Assembly (NCBI GenBank): GCA_000004695.1
Contig: CM000152.2
Span: 416,001 to 480,000 of the forward strand
Direction of reading: 5' to 3'
Origin: Dictyostelium discoideum
Lineage: Eukaryota
Length of the DNA stretch: 64,000 bases
Positions 48,883 to 63,848 of this stretch are shown in pieces. Each line of letters begins with the position of its first letter. The first letter of the stretch is position 1. A program made the translations under genes and the position numbers. A model generated the notes under the pieces. It was not told the DNA's origin. It searched no databases and was given only the letters and a program-made list of their open reading frames with translations.

Positions 48883-50406
48883 CATTTAAATAATAATAGT
48901 AATTATGATAATAATAATAATAATAATATTAATAATAATAACCATTTAAATAATAACAATAATGATAATAATAATAATTTAAATTTAGAAGAAATTATAA
49001 TAAATGAAAAAATGAAATTATTATTATTAAAATATAATAATTGTAAAGAATTTAATCATGAAATTTGTAAATTATTTTTATCAAGTGTTATGGATAATTT
49101 AAAATTATTAAAAGAATTTTTAAAAAATGATTATAATTTTCACCTTTTTAATACAAAAAGATTTAAATATGAATTATATAAAAATAAATTTATATTGTAT
49201 AATAGTGAAAAAGAAATTCCTTTTACAGATAATTTAATTAATAAAAATATTCAATTACCATTAATGATAAATTTATTAGAATTTTGGATTGAAAAATTAA
49301 ATGAAAAACAACCACAACATTTAAAAATATGTGAAATTTTTATAAATTATTATTTTCAAAGTATAATTGGTTCAAAAATGGTATCTTTAAATCAACTAAT
49401 TTATTATTATCATAAATTATTATTATTATTAAAAATTCATAGAATTGAAATCGACCATACTTTATATCACTCATTTCATTATCTTAGAATTAAATCAATT
49501 TTATTTATAAAATATATCTTTTCAAGACCATACATTTTTAAAATATTTTATCCAGAAAGTTTTAAAAATTGTGTTAATTTAGAATATTTTTTAACTGAAA
49601 ATAATAATAATAATAATTTTAATAATGAAAGTAGTTTATATTCCCATTTAAGGGATAAACCAAATGGATATGATATTAGAAAATTATTAAAATCAAATAA
49701 ATTCACATTTAATTTCATAATTTATACAAATAATGATGAATTATTTAAAATATTAAGAAATGATATATCGATTGAACCTTCAAATTTGATGATATCCTAT
49801 GGTGAAAAAGATTATAAAGAATTTTCATACTTTTCAGATTTAAAATATTATTTAGAAATTAATAGAATTGATTTGTTTTTATATCATTTAAAAAGGTTAC
49901 CTCAATATAATTTAAAACCTTTATATTTATTACCACCAAGATTAAAATCAAATATTACCACTACCACCACCAATTCAATATATGATTTGTTATTATATGG
50001 TGATGAATATTTAAAATATCATAAACAATGGGATAATAATAATGATAATAATAATAATAATAACAATGATAATAATAATAATAATGATGATGATGATGAT
50101 GGTGGTGATAATGGAATTAATATAATAACAATGATAGTTTTAAAAATGGAATTAGATGAAATTGATATGGTGATTGAAATTTGTGGTGGTGATGATGCTA
50201 TCAAAATAAAATTATGTAATAAAATATTTCAATTATCAATTTTTGTATCTAGAATTGATATAGTTTTCCATATGATTAAAAAATATAAAATAAAAACATC
50301 ACTTTCCCAAAAATTTTGGAATTTATTATCTTGCAAAAATAGAATAGTTCAATATTCTGATTATAATTTATTAAAGAAATTATTACTAAAAATAGAAAAT
50401 AATTAA
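48388..50406 (+). CDS. Hypothetical Leu/Asn-rich protein (672 aa) with N-terminal FWKVFRNKYL motif
   Basis: Single long ORF. ATG after a poly-A tract. Poly-N and poly-D tracts. Shares the N-terminal motif with the genes at 16237 and 63848. Confidence 0.65.
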
Positions 50407-50868
50407 AAATAATTAAAATTTCAAATAAAAAATAAAAAAATAAAAAAATAAAAAATAAATTAAAAATAAAAAATAATTATTAAAAACCTATTTTTAATAA
50501 TTAATTATTAAAAATTCAAAATTCAAATAAAAAATTCTAAAAAAAAAAAAATAAAAAAATAAATATTTAAAAATATACAATAATAAAAATAATCACAACG
50601 GACTAAAAAAAAAAAAATAAAAATAAAAAAAAAAATAAATAATTTCTAAAAATATAATAGTGGGTTATCAATTTTAAAATCTTAAATTTTAAGATACAAA
50701 ATTGGGTGGTGTACTCTTTTGAAATTTAATATATAATATATAAATAAATCACTTTCAAAATGGAAATAAAAAAATAAATAAATAAATAAAAAATAAATAA
50801 AAATTATTGTTGAATCACACTCACTATAAAACATTGGGGTTAAAATCAAAAACCTTTTTTTAATATTT

Positions 50869-50925
<57 letters not shown>

Positions 50926-51693
50926 TAGAAATTTAATTATTATTTAGTGGTTATAATTATGAAAAACATAGATATATTACAAAATAAGGGAAAATGAAGA
51001 AAATGTATATATAAAAAAATTCTAATTTTAAAAATTCAAAATTCGCAAAGAATTTATTTTTTTTTTTTTTATTTTTTGAATTTTTTTCATTTTAATTTTT
51101 TTTTTTTTTTTTTTGATCCTAATTTTAAAATTTTAAAATTAAAAAAAAAAAAAATATAATAATAAAAAAAAATAAAAATAAAAATAAAAACATCAACCCA
51201 TCATCTCACTCATCTAAAAATGCATTCATATATAAAGTGATTCTTTATTTGGTATTTTCTCATTTTTTGTGATTAATATTGAGATTGATAAAAAAAAAAA
51301 ATATTATTTATAGAAAATTTCTAATTATCAGCTTCAAATCCATTTTCACACACAATATTTTTTTATTTTTATTATTATTGTTATTTTTTTTTATTTTTTA
51401 TTTTTTTTTTTTTAAAAAATTAATAAATCTTTTTTTTTCATGTTTTTTTTTTTTTTTCTATAAAAAAAATAATAATCATACATCAATATTCACATATATC
51501 TAACTTTTTTTTATTTCCTTTTGAAAAAAAAATAAATAAAAAAAAAAAATAAAAAAAAAATAAAAAAATAAAAAAATAAAAATAAAAAAATAAAAAAAAA
51601 ACAGAATACATTTTTTTTTTTATTTAGATATCAATTTCAAATAATTTGTTTTTTATTTATTAATATTTTTTTTTTTTTTTTAACCACCATAAT

Positions 51694-51726
<33 letters not shown>

Positions 51727-51754
51727 TAAAAAAAAAAAAAGGTAAAAAAAAAAA

Positions 51755-51795
<41 letters not shown>

Positions 51796-51908
51796 TAAAA
51801 AAAAAAAAAAAGAAAAAAAAAAAACCAAGAAAAAAATAAAAATAATAATAACTATAAAAATAAACTAAAAATAAACTAAAAAAATAAAAAAAATAAAAAA
51901 AATAAAAA

Positions 51909-52011
51909 ATGGATATTTTATCTTTATTAAATAATGACAATGAAAACGATAGTTTTGATTTTCCATATATAAAAAATAATAATAATAATAATAAAAATAA
52001 TAATAAAAATG

Positions 52012-52042
<31 letters not shown>

Positions 52043-53343
52043 TGATTGTGATGAAATTTATAATAATATTATTAATAATAATAATAATAAAAATGGTGAA
52101 TATGAACATGAAACAAATTCAAATAAACCGGTGCTAACTCAACAATTAAAATTAAATATATCGAATGTTGATGTCTCCCAGTCTTCTTCAAATTCTTCAT
52201 CTTTGTCTTCCTCTCCAACTGTTCAAGTTGTGCCAACTCAGCTATTAGCAAATCAACTTTCACAACCATATACAATTAGTTCATCACAAGTTCCTAATAT
52301 TCAACCACAACTCCAACAACAACAGCCACAATCACAAAAACAAACTCAATCACTACCATCATCACCTATGTCATCACTAACTCCAAATATTCAGCAAGTC
52401 CAACAAAAAATACAACAATCAGTACAAACATCTCCTACAACTACACCAAGTAAATCAAATAAAAGTAAATGTCAACCAAAAAATGCACAACAAACAATTG
52501 GGCAAATACCATATATATATAATGGATCTTCTTCTTCTTCTTCTTCTTCTCAATATTCATCCTCTTCTTCAAATAATGAAGAAGAAGATATGGAAGAGAA
52601 ATTAAAAAATAGATCAATTGTTAAAGATAGAATTCAACAAAAGATGAGAAATCAATTAAATCTTTCATTTGCTGATACATCCAAAGAAACATTTGATCAA
52701 GTATTATCAATTCCCACTCCACCACCACCAACAACACCAAGATCAAAAAATACTCAACCAACCACACCACGTTCAACAAATTCATCAAGTCCTTTAACAT
52801 TACCAACTAAAACACCACCACAAACTCCAAGATCAACAAAAAATCAATCTTCACCACCACAAAGACAAAAAACACCTCCACCAATACATAATTTACAACT
52901 TTATTATCAACAACAACAAGAAAAACAACAACAAGAAAAACAACAACAACAATTAAAACAAGAACAATTAAAACAAGAGGAATTAAAACAAGAACAATTA
53001 AAACAAGAACAATTAAAATTAAAACAATTAAAACAAGAGGAATTAAAACAAGAACAATTAAAACAAGAACAAATAAAATTAGAACAATTAAAACAAGAAC
53101 AATTAAAACAAGAACAATTAAAACAAGAACAATTAAAAAAAGAACAATTAAAACAAGAACAAATAAAACAAGAACAATTAAAATTAGAACAAATAAAACA
53201 AGAACAATTAAAATTAGAACAATTAAAACAAGAGGAATTAAAACAAGAACAATTAAAACAGGAACAATTAAAACAACAACAAATAAAACAACAACAGGAG
53301 AAATCAATACAACAACAACAACTCCTTGAACAACAACTCCTTG

Positions 53344-53385
<42 letters not shown>

Positions 53386-53391
53386 TCCTTG

Positions 53392-53432
<41 letters not shown>

Positions 53433-53433
53433 T

Positions 53434-53474
<41 letters not shown>

Positions 53475-53753
53475 AAACAAAACCCAAATCGTTTTCAAAA
53501 TAATAACTATCAAGCTACAGAAGATACAACATCTCAACCATACTGGCCAACATCTTCAAATCAAAACTACCAATATTCTGAACAATATGATTCACAATAT
53601 TGCAATGATGTATGTTGTGAAGGATCACATACCAATAATAATAATAATAATCATGATAATAATTATAATGATAATAATTATAATGCCAATAATAATATTA
53701 ATAATTATAGCAATAATAATTATAATAATTATAGCAATAATAATAATAATAAT

Positions 53754-53792
<39 letters not shown>

Positions 53793-53924
53793 TATGGCAA
53801 TAATAATTATAGCAATAATAATAATAATAATAATAACTATAATAATAATAATTATAATGACTATAATAATAATAACTATAATAATAACTATAATAATAAT
53901 AATAATAATAATTATAATAATAAT

Positions 53925-53958
<34 letters not shown>

Positions 53959-54077
53959 GTAATTACAATAATAATTCAAGGTATCACCCATATTCAGAGC
54001 CACGTATATCTCAACACTCATCACCATCATATCGTCAACATCAACAACCATATATTTATCAACATTCTCGAAATTAA
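51909..54077 (+). CDS. Low-complexity protein (722 aa): poly-N, Ser/Thr/Pro-rich, (EQLKQ)n coiled-coil repeat, poly-Q, (NNY)n
   Basis: Single ORF. ~45 heptad-like LKQEQLKQEE repeats at 52900-53290 predict a long coiled coil. Confidence 0.6.
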
Positions 54078-54479
54078 TTTTTTAGATAAAATTAAAAAGA
54101 TGAAATAAAAATAAAAATTTTAAAAAAATAAATATATAGATAAATGAAATAACTAAAATTCAATTACTGGGAATGTGATAACTGGAAATTTTGACTGAAA
54201 ATCCACACAATTTATTTTCGTTAATTTGGAAAGAAAAAAAAATAAATAAATAAATAAATAAAATAAAAAATAAAGAATAAAATGTTAAATTCATTTTATT
54301 TGAATTTAAATTTAGTACAAATAATTTTTTTTTTTTAAATAATATATTTATTTATTTATATTTTTCTTTTAATTTTATTTTACAATTTTCTAAACATTTT
54401 TTTTTTTTTTTAATAATTCAAACACTAACACAATTATTATTATTATTTGAATTATTTTTATTAATTATATCATGATTTT

Positions 54480-54827
54480 TTATATTATAATTATATTATC
54501 GGTAATAAAATTTGAGAGTGATTGTATTGCACTTAAGTTCTGATGGTTTTGATTTTTGATTTTTTTTGAATTTGATGAATAAGGGTGGAAAAGATTACAT
54601 TGTTGTTGTTGTTTTTTTGAAATTAATTTATTATTATTTTTATGATTTACATTCTTTTTATAGTCTAAATAATTATAATAAAATTCTTTATTTTGGTCAA
54701 TACCAAATGTACTAAAAATACCTTGTAATTTGGCAGGTGGTTGTTTACTTTTATTACAAATAAAACTTAGAGCCATTTTTAATTTTACTTCATTCATTTC
54801 ATTAAAATTTGAATTTAATTGTTCCAT
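54480..54827 (-). CDS. Small hypothetical protein (115 aa)
   Basis: ORF with a Dictyostelium-like codon set. ATG flanked by A/T. No recognisable domain. Confidence 0.35.
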   Translation of the reverse strand: MEQLNSNFNEMNEVKLKMALSFICNKSKQPPAKLQGIFSTFGIDQNKEFYYNYLDYKKNVNHKNNNKLISKKQQQQCNLFHPYSSNSKKIKNQNHQNLSAIQSLSNFITDNIIII

Positions 54828-55532
54828 ATTATTGTTATTTTATTTATTTATTTATTTTTTTTTTTTCTTAAATTTAGTTTGAAGATTTTTTTTTTTTTTG
54901 ATATTTTTTTATTTTTGTTTTATTGGTACATATATTTATTTTTTTATGATTGGAATGATAAATATTGTTTCTTTTTTTTTTTATTTTTTTTTTTTTTTAG
55001 AATTATTAAAAAAAAAAAAAAAATAAAAAAAAAAAAAATACAAAAATAAAAAAAAAAAAACCATTATTAAATTAAAAAAAAAAAAAATTATAATAAAGGT
55101 AATATTTTTTGAATCGCAGAGATTTCAATCACATCAGCTAGTATTTCATTGGACAAAAAAAAAAAAAAAAAATTTGAAAATATTAATTTTTAATGGTTTG
55201 CAGGTTTGAACACAATTCTTTTTTTTTTTTTATTTTATTTTTTGTGCTAATGAAAAAAAGAATAAAAAAATAAAAAAAAAAAATCAAATCAAAAATTATT
55301 AAAAAAAATAAAAATAGATTAAAACACCTGCCCACCATAAAAACCATTTTATTTTTTTTTTTTTTGGCGCCTATTTTTTTTCTTGTAAATTTAATTTTAA
55401 ATTTTTTTTTTATTTTTTTATTCTTTTTTTTTTTTTTTTTTTTTTTTTATTTTACTCTTTTCTCTTAATTTTAACAACTACAACACCACCACAACTACCA
55501 TCATCACCATCATCACCACCATTGACAATATT

Positions 55533-55729
55533 ATGAATGAATCATCAGTAAGCAGATTTGAAAATATTACTGATGATAGTGGTAATACAAATGGTGGGTT
55601 TTATTATTTGAAATGTAATTGGCAATATAATTCATTTACAATTTATTTAACTGACCTAACAAATGTATGGTCATCAAATGGTATGTAATTTTCTAAAATA
55701 TAAATATATATAAAAATTAAATTAATAAT

Positions 55730-55765
<36 letters not shown>

Positions 55766-57001
55766 ATTATTAAAAAAAAAATAGTAACTACAAAATACAT
55801 TGAAAATATATTAAAACCTCAAGGAATGTCATTTGATCAATATTTTCAATTATTAAAAAAATCATTATTAAAACAAGATCAAACTAAAAGAGAATTTGAT
55901 TATAAAATTGATAAATATAAAAGAAAAAATAATAATAATATTAATAATAATAATGAAGATATTGAATTTATAATAATTATAATATTATCAGAATTTGATA
56001 ATATTAATGTAAAATCATCAATACCTTTAATTAAATTATCAAATCATTTCACTACATTTCAACATTATTTCGATTGGTTATTTGATAAATATCAATCATT
56101 ATCGTTACAAAATCAAACATTAACACTTCAAACCCAATCATTACAATCACAATTCAATCAATCATTAGAACAAAATAAATTATTTCAATTGGAAAAAGAT
56201 AGAATTGAATCCAATTTAATTGAAAAATTTATAATAATTTTAAATGAAAAAAAAAAGAAAATTAAAGAATATAAACAACCAATAAATAATTTATTATTAG
56301 AACAAAAATCTATATCATCATCATTATCAAATTGTAAATGTAACAATAATAATAATAATAATAATAATAAATCAATAGTGAATAATAATAAAAATAAATC
56401 ACCTTCAAAACAACAAGTTTATACAACTCCAAAGAAAAAGAAAAGGAATTATCAATCAAATTTAATTAATATTGATAATGATGACGATGATGATCTTGGA
56501 AATAATGATAATGTCAATAACATTAATGATGAAAATGATAATGATAATGATAATGATAATGAAGAAGATTATAAACCAACTTTTAATAATTCAACACCTC
56601 CATTATTAGATTTACTTAGTAATGATTATGATTCTTATTATAATGTACCTACAAATGTAAGAAAGAAGTTTAAACCCACCCCAACCCTGACCACAACAAC
56701 AACGACGACGACAACAACAACTACTGCATCCATAATCAAAACACCAACAAAGAAAAGAAATAGTATATCACCACAAAAATCACCTCATCACCATCGTAAT
56801 ATTAATATTAAAAAAAATAATAATAATAATAATCCTTCCTCTCCTATGAAAAAATATAATGCGAATGGTACCTTAATACCAAATAATAATATTAATTCTT
56901 TAATTCCAATCACCCCAATGAAATCGAAATCAAAGTTATTTAATTTTAATGATGATGATAACCATGACATTGGAGCTTCTGAATTATTAAATGATCTTTA
57001 A
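55533..57001 (+). CDS. xrcc4: XRCC4 homolog (NHEJ DNA-repair scaffold). Exons 55533..55680 and 55785..57001.
   Basis: Head domain FYYLKCNWQYNSFTIYLTDLTNVWSSNG corresponds to human [27 protein letters not shown]. Coiled-coil stalk with KFIIILNEKKKKIKEYKQ corresponds to human RFILVLNEKKTKIRSL. 104-nt intron GTATGT...atAG, phase 1. Confidence 0.7.
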
Positions 57002-57373
57002 CCTCAAATAAAAACCAAATAATCTAAAGATTTATTTTTAAAGAAAAAAAATAAAAAAAATTGGAAACACAACAAATAAAATAAAAGTAGATTCAATTCT
57101 TTCTTTTTTTTTTTTTTTTAAAAACTATATAGCATAATACTATATTTTTATCTTTTTTTTTTTTTTTTTTTTTTATTTTTTTTTTTATATCTTTTTTTTT
57201 TTTTTAATTTTTATAACCAATCCTTATCCTTTTTTTTTTTTTGTTTCAATAAAAAAAAAAAAAAGAGTTAAATGTTGTTTTTTTTTTTTTGGGGGGGATA
57301 ATTTTGCTCTGTTACTATTATACTACAGCATTAAATACTGTTTAATATTTCTATATATAAATAATGTCTTTGT

Positions 57374-57946
57374 TTAAAGAGTATCAATATCTAAAATAAA
57401 TAATAAAAAAAAATAAAAAAAGAGAAAAATGAAATTTTAAAGGTTAGTGAAAGTGTTTAATTTTGTTTTTTTTTTTTTTTTTAAAAAAATTTATTTATAT
57501 AAATGGGCTATTTTTTAAAAAAAAAAAAAAAACTTACCGATATCATCTTCAGCAACGAATTCGAATGGAATATCTTCAACATCATCAAATGCATCAGTTT
57601 CATTAATTCTAGCGGTTTCTGGTAATTCACCATAAGTTTTAAGATTACGAGCTTCATCGACATTGTAACGAAGGATAACATCAGCTTTATCATTTTGGTA
57701 GTCTCTAAGTTGAATTAAAATGATATCACCATTGTTGATCCATTCCTTCTTTCTTAATCTACCACTAATGTGACATAAACGTTTTTCACCATCAAAACAA
57801 GAGGCTTCTAAACGACCATTACCTAACATTCTTAATACTTGAGCATATTCTTGGCCTTCTTCTTTGAATTGAAGTTCTCTCTTTTGTTCATTCTCGTTCT
57901 TACCTCTTCTACGATTTTTACCACCTTTTCCCTTATTCTTAGGCAT
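57374..57946 (-). CDS. eif1a: Eukaryotic translation initiation factor 1A (eIF1A). Exons 57538..57946 and 57374..57390 (17-nt terminal exon).
   Basis: [20 protein letters not shown]...[21 protein letters not shown] is the eIF1A OB-fold signature. The ORF otherwise runs into KFFFFF, which is the GTAAGT donor at 57537. A 147-nt intron ends in ttttAG, and a terminal micro-exon gives the acidic tail ...EDDIDIDTL*. Confidence 0.9.
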
Positions 57947-58309
57947 TTTATATGTTTAAATTCTAAAATTTATTTTATAAATAATAAAAAAAAAAAATTA
58001 AATTAATATTGTTTTTTTTTTTTATTATTATGTTTTTAAAACTATAACAAAAATGGTTTATGAATTCCAAAAGAAAGATATTATTATTATTATGATATAA
58101 AACACACGCACTCTATTTCGTTTTAAAAAAAATTATTTAAGTTTTATTTTTTATTTTTTTTTATAACAAATAATTAATTCGGTTGTTTGTTAAATTTATA
58201 AATGTGTTTAAGTGTTTGTTAAAAAAAAAAAAGTAAAAAAATAAACAAAAAATTTTAAAAAATGAAATTAAAAAAAAAAAAAAAAAAAAAACAATTAAAA
58301 AAAAAGAGA

Positions 58310-58341
<32 letters not shown>

Positions 58342-58575
58342 AACAATTATAATTTTAAAATTATAATAACACAAACCACACACACAACAATTTTGTTGAA
58401 TAGTTTTTTTTTTTTTAATTTTTTATATTTTGGTGTTAAAATCTATTTTTTTGTTTTTTTAATATTGAACATTGTTTTTTCTGTTTTTTCTGTTTTTTCT
58501 TTCTTTAATTTAATAAAAAAAAACCTATAAAAAAATCGTACATATAAATTCCAAAACTTACGATAAATATGGTGG

Positions 58576-58617
<42 letters not shown>

Positions 58618-59193
58618 ATTGTTCACAAAAGAGAAAAAAAATTGAAAAAAAATTGAAAAAAATAAAAATAAAATAAAAATAAAATAAAATAAAAAAAAAA
58701 AATTGAAACTTTTTTTTGGTGATTTGAAATGAAATATTTTTAGTTTTTCATCCTTGTCCAACAAATAATGTGAATTTGAAAAAAAAAATAATAGAAAAAA
58801 AAAGAAGAGTAGGAAAAAAAAAATAAAATAAAATTAAAAATAAAAATGAAAATAAAAAATAAAAAATAAATAAAACAAAGTAGGTGGTGTCCAGATGGTT
58901 TATCATTTTTTTTAGGTGGCTTGCTTCAAACAATCCTTTTTTAGACAGAAAGGGGAAAAGGTGAAAAAAAAAAAAAAAAAAAAAATTTAGTATTACAATT
59001 CTAAATTACTAAATGAAATAGAATCCGCTTTTGAAGTATTATTAAATAAGGAAAAAAAAAAAAAAAAAAAAATATACATATATATACATTATAATTAACA
59101 TTTCTTATAATAAAAAAAAAAAAAAAATAAAAAAATAAACAAAATAAAATAAAAAAAAAAAAAGTGTTTGTATGAAAACAAAATGATCGGAAA

Positions 59194-59232
<39 letters not shown>

Positions 59233-59243
59233 CACTTTTTTTA

Positions 59244-59284
<41 letters not shown>

Positions 59285-59298
59285 CACAACAACCCAAA

Positions 59299-59454
<156 letters not shown>

Positions 59455-59573
59455 CATATATACTTATATACATATATTTTTTTTTTTTAAAAAATTTATT
59501 TGTTTTAATAATTTTTTTTTTTTTATTTTTTTTATTATTTCAAAAAAAAAAAAAAAAACAGGAAAAACAAACA

Positions 59574-59883
59574 ATGAAAAAAGTTTATCAAGATGAAGAG
59601 TTTTCTTTCTTTGAAATTGGTGGTAAAAAAATAGCAGATTTATATGTAAGAGATATTATAACTGAAATAAGAAAGAGAGGTAAAGAAATAACAGGTTTGG
59701 GGCTTAAAAGTAAATATGAACTACTATGTATTTTGGTAAACAGAATGAAAGAAGAGAATCCTAGTTTAAATATTCCACCAAAGAAAAGAGTATTAGATTT
59801 TGGATCATTATCATCTACTACTAGTAATGGCATTCTTCAAGATTCAAATAAATTCTTTAAAAAAGATAATACACATCAACATC

Positions 59884-59956
<73 letters not shown>

Positions 59957-60225
59957 CAGTAATAATAGTGATGATGATGATGATACTCATAATTATAATG
60001 ATGATAGTGATGAATCTGATGATGAATATATCATTACAGAGGAAGAAGAGATTGAACTACATAAAAATCTTAATTTAGGTGATGATGAGAATTTATTAAC
60101 ATTAGAAATTAAATTATTGGAATCACAATTAGAGAATAAAAAATTTAGAAAATCTTTACTTTTAAAAGATAAAAAAATAAAACATTTGGAAAATATAATT
60201 CAACAACAACAACAACAACTACTAG

Positions 60226-60290
<65 letters not shown>

Positions 60291-60559
60291 CGACAAGAAG
60301 AAGAACAACAAAAAGAACAACAACAAAAAGAAGAACAAGAACAAGAACAATCTTCTCTTAAAAATAATTTAAAATTTAAAGATGGAGCTAATTTATTTTC
60401 TATTGAATCAATATCAAACTTGTATAACAAAATATTAAATGAATTTAATTTCAAAAAGATTATTACGGAATTTGGTGATTCTTCATTAAAAATTCATGAA
60501 GAATTTGTAAAATTTATAATTTTAAAATCAATTAATTTAAACCATAATAATAATAAAAA

Positions 60560-60651
<92 letters not shown>

Positions 60652-60996
60652 GTAGTAATAACTTACCAAACGGTGATGTAAATAAAAACAATAATAATAA
60701 CGGCGAAATAATAGAATTGGTACCACCTCCAAAGATAGATGAATTTTGGAAATTAATGGTATTGGATACAGTTGGATACCAACAATTTTCAAATATTTTG
60801 GGTGCAAAGGTGAATTATGATACAGATATTAATCCAACAAGAAAAGGATACCAAAGGTTAAAAGATATGAAAAATCTGTATTTTCCTCCTCCCCCTTCAA
60901 CCACAGAACTAACTACTGATGAAATCTGGCCAAATCATTATTTATTACCAATACAACCATCACCACAAAAACAACATATACAAAAGCAACAACTAC

Positions 60997-61046
<50 letters not shown>

Positions 61047-61252
61047 CAACAACATCAACAACATCAACCACAACATAAACAACAACATCAACTACAACAG
61101 ATACAAGAGCAACAACCACAACAACAACAACATCAACAGCAACAACATCAACAACCACTACAACAACAGATACAGCAACAACAACAACAACAGCAACAAC
61201 ATCAACCACAACAACAACATCAACCACAACAACAACAACAACAACAACAACC

Positions 61253-61325
<73 letters not shown>

Positions 61326-61682
61326 AAAAAACAACAACAACAACATCAACAACAAAAGAATAAAGAAAATAATAAAGAAAATAATAAAGAAAATAATAAA
61401 CAAAATAATAAAGAAAATAATAAATTAAATGATAATAATTTAAATATTGAAGTACATGAAGATGAAGGTAATAGAATAATTAATTTTTTGATTTCACCAG
61501 ATACTCCATTAAGGAATCTATTTGTAGCATATGCAAAAGAAATTGGTGAAAATTTTAATTCTTTTAAATTTTATTTTGGTAATGAATTATTATGTCAAAA
61601 TGAAACACCTTCTCAATTATTAATGAGAAATGGTACAAAAATACAAGCATTTTATTTAAACAAAAAAGAAATTAAAAAGTAA
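59574..61682 (+). CDS. Poly-Q/poly-N protein with C-terminal ubiquitin-like (SUMO-like / Rad60-SLD-type) domain
   Basis: 702-aa ORF. C-terminus NIEVHEDEGNRIINFLISPDTPLRNLFVAYAKEIGENFNSFKFYFGNELLCQNETPSQLLMRNGTKIQAFYL has the beta-grasp pattern of the SUMO-like domains of NIP45/Rad60. Confidence 0.65.
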
Positions 61683-61772
61683 AAATAATAATAAACATAT
61701 GTATATAGTTTTTTTTTGTTTTTTTTTTTCAAACACATTAAAAGTTTTACACTTATATATTTTTTATTATTA

Positions 61773-61808
<36 letters not shown>

Positions 61809-61816
<8 letters not shown>

Positions 61817-63848
61817 ACCTTAAAAGGTGTGATAAATTATTATGATTTGTAAAAAAATTATCAATGAATTTTCTATTATATCTTGAAGTTAAAATACGAG
61901 TAAATGATTTTGGGAATGATAAATTATCAAGTTTTGGACAACCAGATTCGAATGATAGACTAATGAGTGAACTTGGTAAAGATTGATTTGAAAATTCTTT
62001 AAAATAAGATTTATGAAATACTATTGATTCAATTGAAGATGGTAATGCATTTTCAAGTATTTGTTGAGTGTAGTCGTCAAAGAATTCAATGGATTTCAAA
62101 GTTGTGCTTGGTAAATAGCCAATTTCAAATACTCTATTAAAGTATCTTGCACATTTAAGTTTAGTAATTGGTAATTGTGATAGTGGGATTGAGTCGAAAT
62201 GAAAATCCCTTATTGTCAACTCCAACTCTTCAATGGTCTCGCCATTCAATGGTAAAAGATCCCTTGTCAAAATTTGGGTAAAAAACTGCCCGAATTTCAG
62301 TGATTTCAAATTCACACAACCTTTAATCGATAGTTTCTGATTAAACATTTCACCAAAATGTAATAGTTTAATCGATTTTGGTATTACTGAAATTGGTTGA
62401 TTAAATAATGAAGATGATTTAAATTTTAAGATTTCCAATTTAGTTAGCCCATTTAAAGCATAGGTAAAACTTTCATCATTAAATTTTGAACCAATTTCTA
62501 AATGAATTAAACCAGTTGGTAAAATATCATCACCTAATGAATTTGTAAAACTGTGTGGTAGAATCAACTTTTTTAAAGATTTAGGTAACGTTTCCTTTTT
62601 AAAATTACCATTCCAATCTTCAAATGATAATGATTCTAAATTTATGAATTCATTTAAAAAATCAATACTTTTTGATGATTCTAAATTTTTATAAAAATGT
62701 ATTGATTTTATTAATGGTTTAAAATCAATAAAATTATCATTATCATTATTATCATTATTATCATTATTATCATTAAATTCATTATTATAATTAAATTCAT
62801 TATTATTAAATAAATTAAATAAATTATTTAAAGAAGGTAAAATATTTTCTAATCCATGATAATCTGAAAATTGAATTTCTTTTAAGCTTGATGGAAACCA
62901 TGATGATGATGATGATGATGGGTTTTGATTTAAATTATGAAATTCAATATTAAATAAACGATTTGTTTTTGAATTACCAATTTTTAAAATTTGAATATTT
63001 GAATTTGAGAGTATTTCTTTACCAATATGATTATCTGAATAAAATAATAGATCTGGTATAAGTAGTTTCAAAGTTTTTAATGATTGAGGAAGTTTTTTAA
63101 TATCACCTCTTTTAATACATTCTCTACCAATTGCAAGTATTTCTAAATTTGGTAATTCTGAAATAATTTCAAATTGTTTAATTCTAGTATTTGATAATCT
63201 TAATGTTTTCAATGAATTTGGAAATTGGAAAGACTCTTTTGAAATTTTATTTGAAAAATCTGATAATTTAAAATATTCTAATTTATTTGGTAATTTAATT
63301 GGAATTGTTATTGTTGTTATATTTGGTGTATTATTCCTCGTCATTCCAAAATTAAAATCATCATCGCCATCAATATTATTATGATAAATATAATTTGTTA
63401 TTGTTGAAGAATCTTTTTTAAATTTTAATTTCTTTAAATTAATTAATTTTTGAAATCCTTTTGATTGATCTAATAGGTAATATCGGAAATGTGAACTAAA
63501 TATTAATGTGGTCAATGAATGAGTTGGTAAAATTTCACTTAAATCTTTTTCGAAATTTAGTGGTGAAAATGAATTTGAAAATTCTAAACATTCAATATTT
63601 GTATTCTTTAAAATGGTATCTAATGAATATTTATCACCACCTAATTCATAATCTTCATTTGATAAATTTAAATGAATTGATCTTAATAATTGTATATCAC
63701 CTTTATAATTTTTTAATTGAAAAAGTGTTAATGATTGTTGTTTATAATTATTATTAATTATCCTTAATTGATTAAATAAACAATTTTTAATTATTAAATT
63801 TCTAAAAATTTTTAAAAATAAATTATTATAATTATTATTATTATCCAT
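61809..63848 (-). CDS. FNIP-repeat (LRR-related, Dictyostelium-specific) protein, 679 aa
   Basis: Repeated ~22-aa units containing FNQPI / FNQKL / LP.SLK.L motifs (FPNSLKTLRLS, LPQSLKTLKL, LPKSLKKLILPHSFTNSL, FNQPISVIPKSIKLLHFGEMFNQKLS). N-terminal LFLKIFRN motif. Confidence 0.75.

Noticed and set aside
53304-54108. Hydrophobic poly-I/L ORFs overlapping the 51909 gene on both strands
   Set aside because: Frame or strand artefacts of AAT/CAA repeats.
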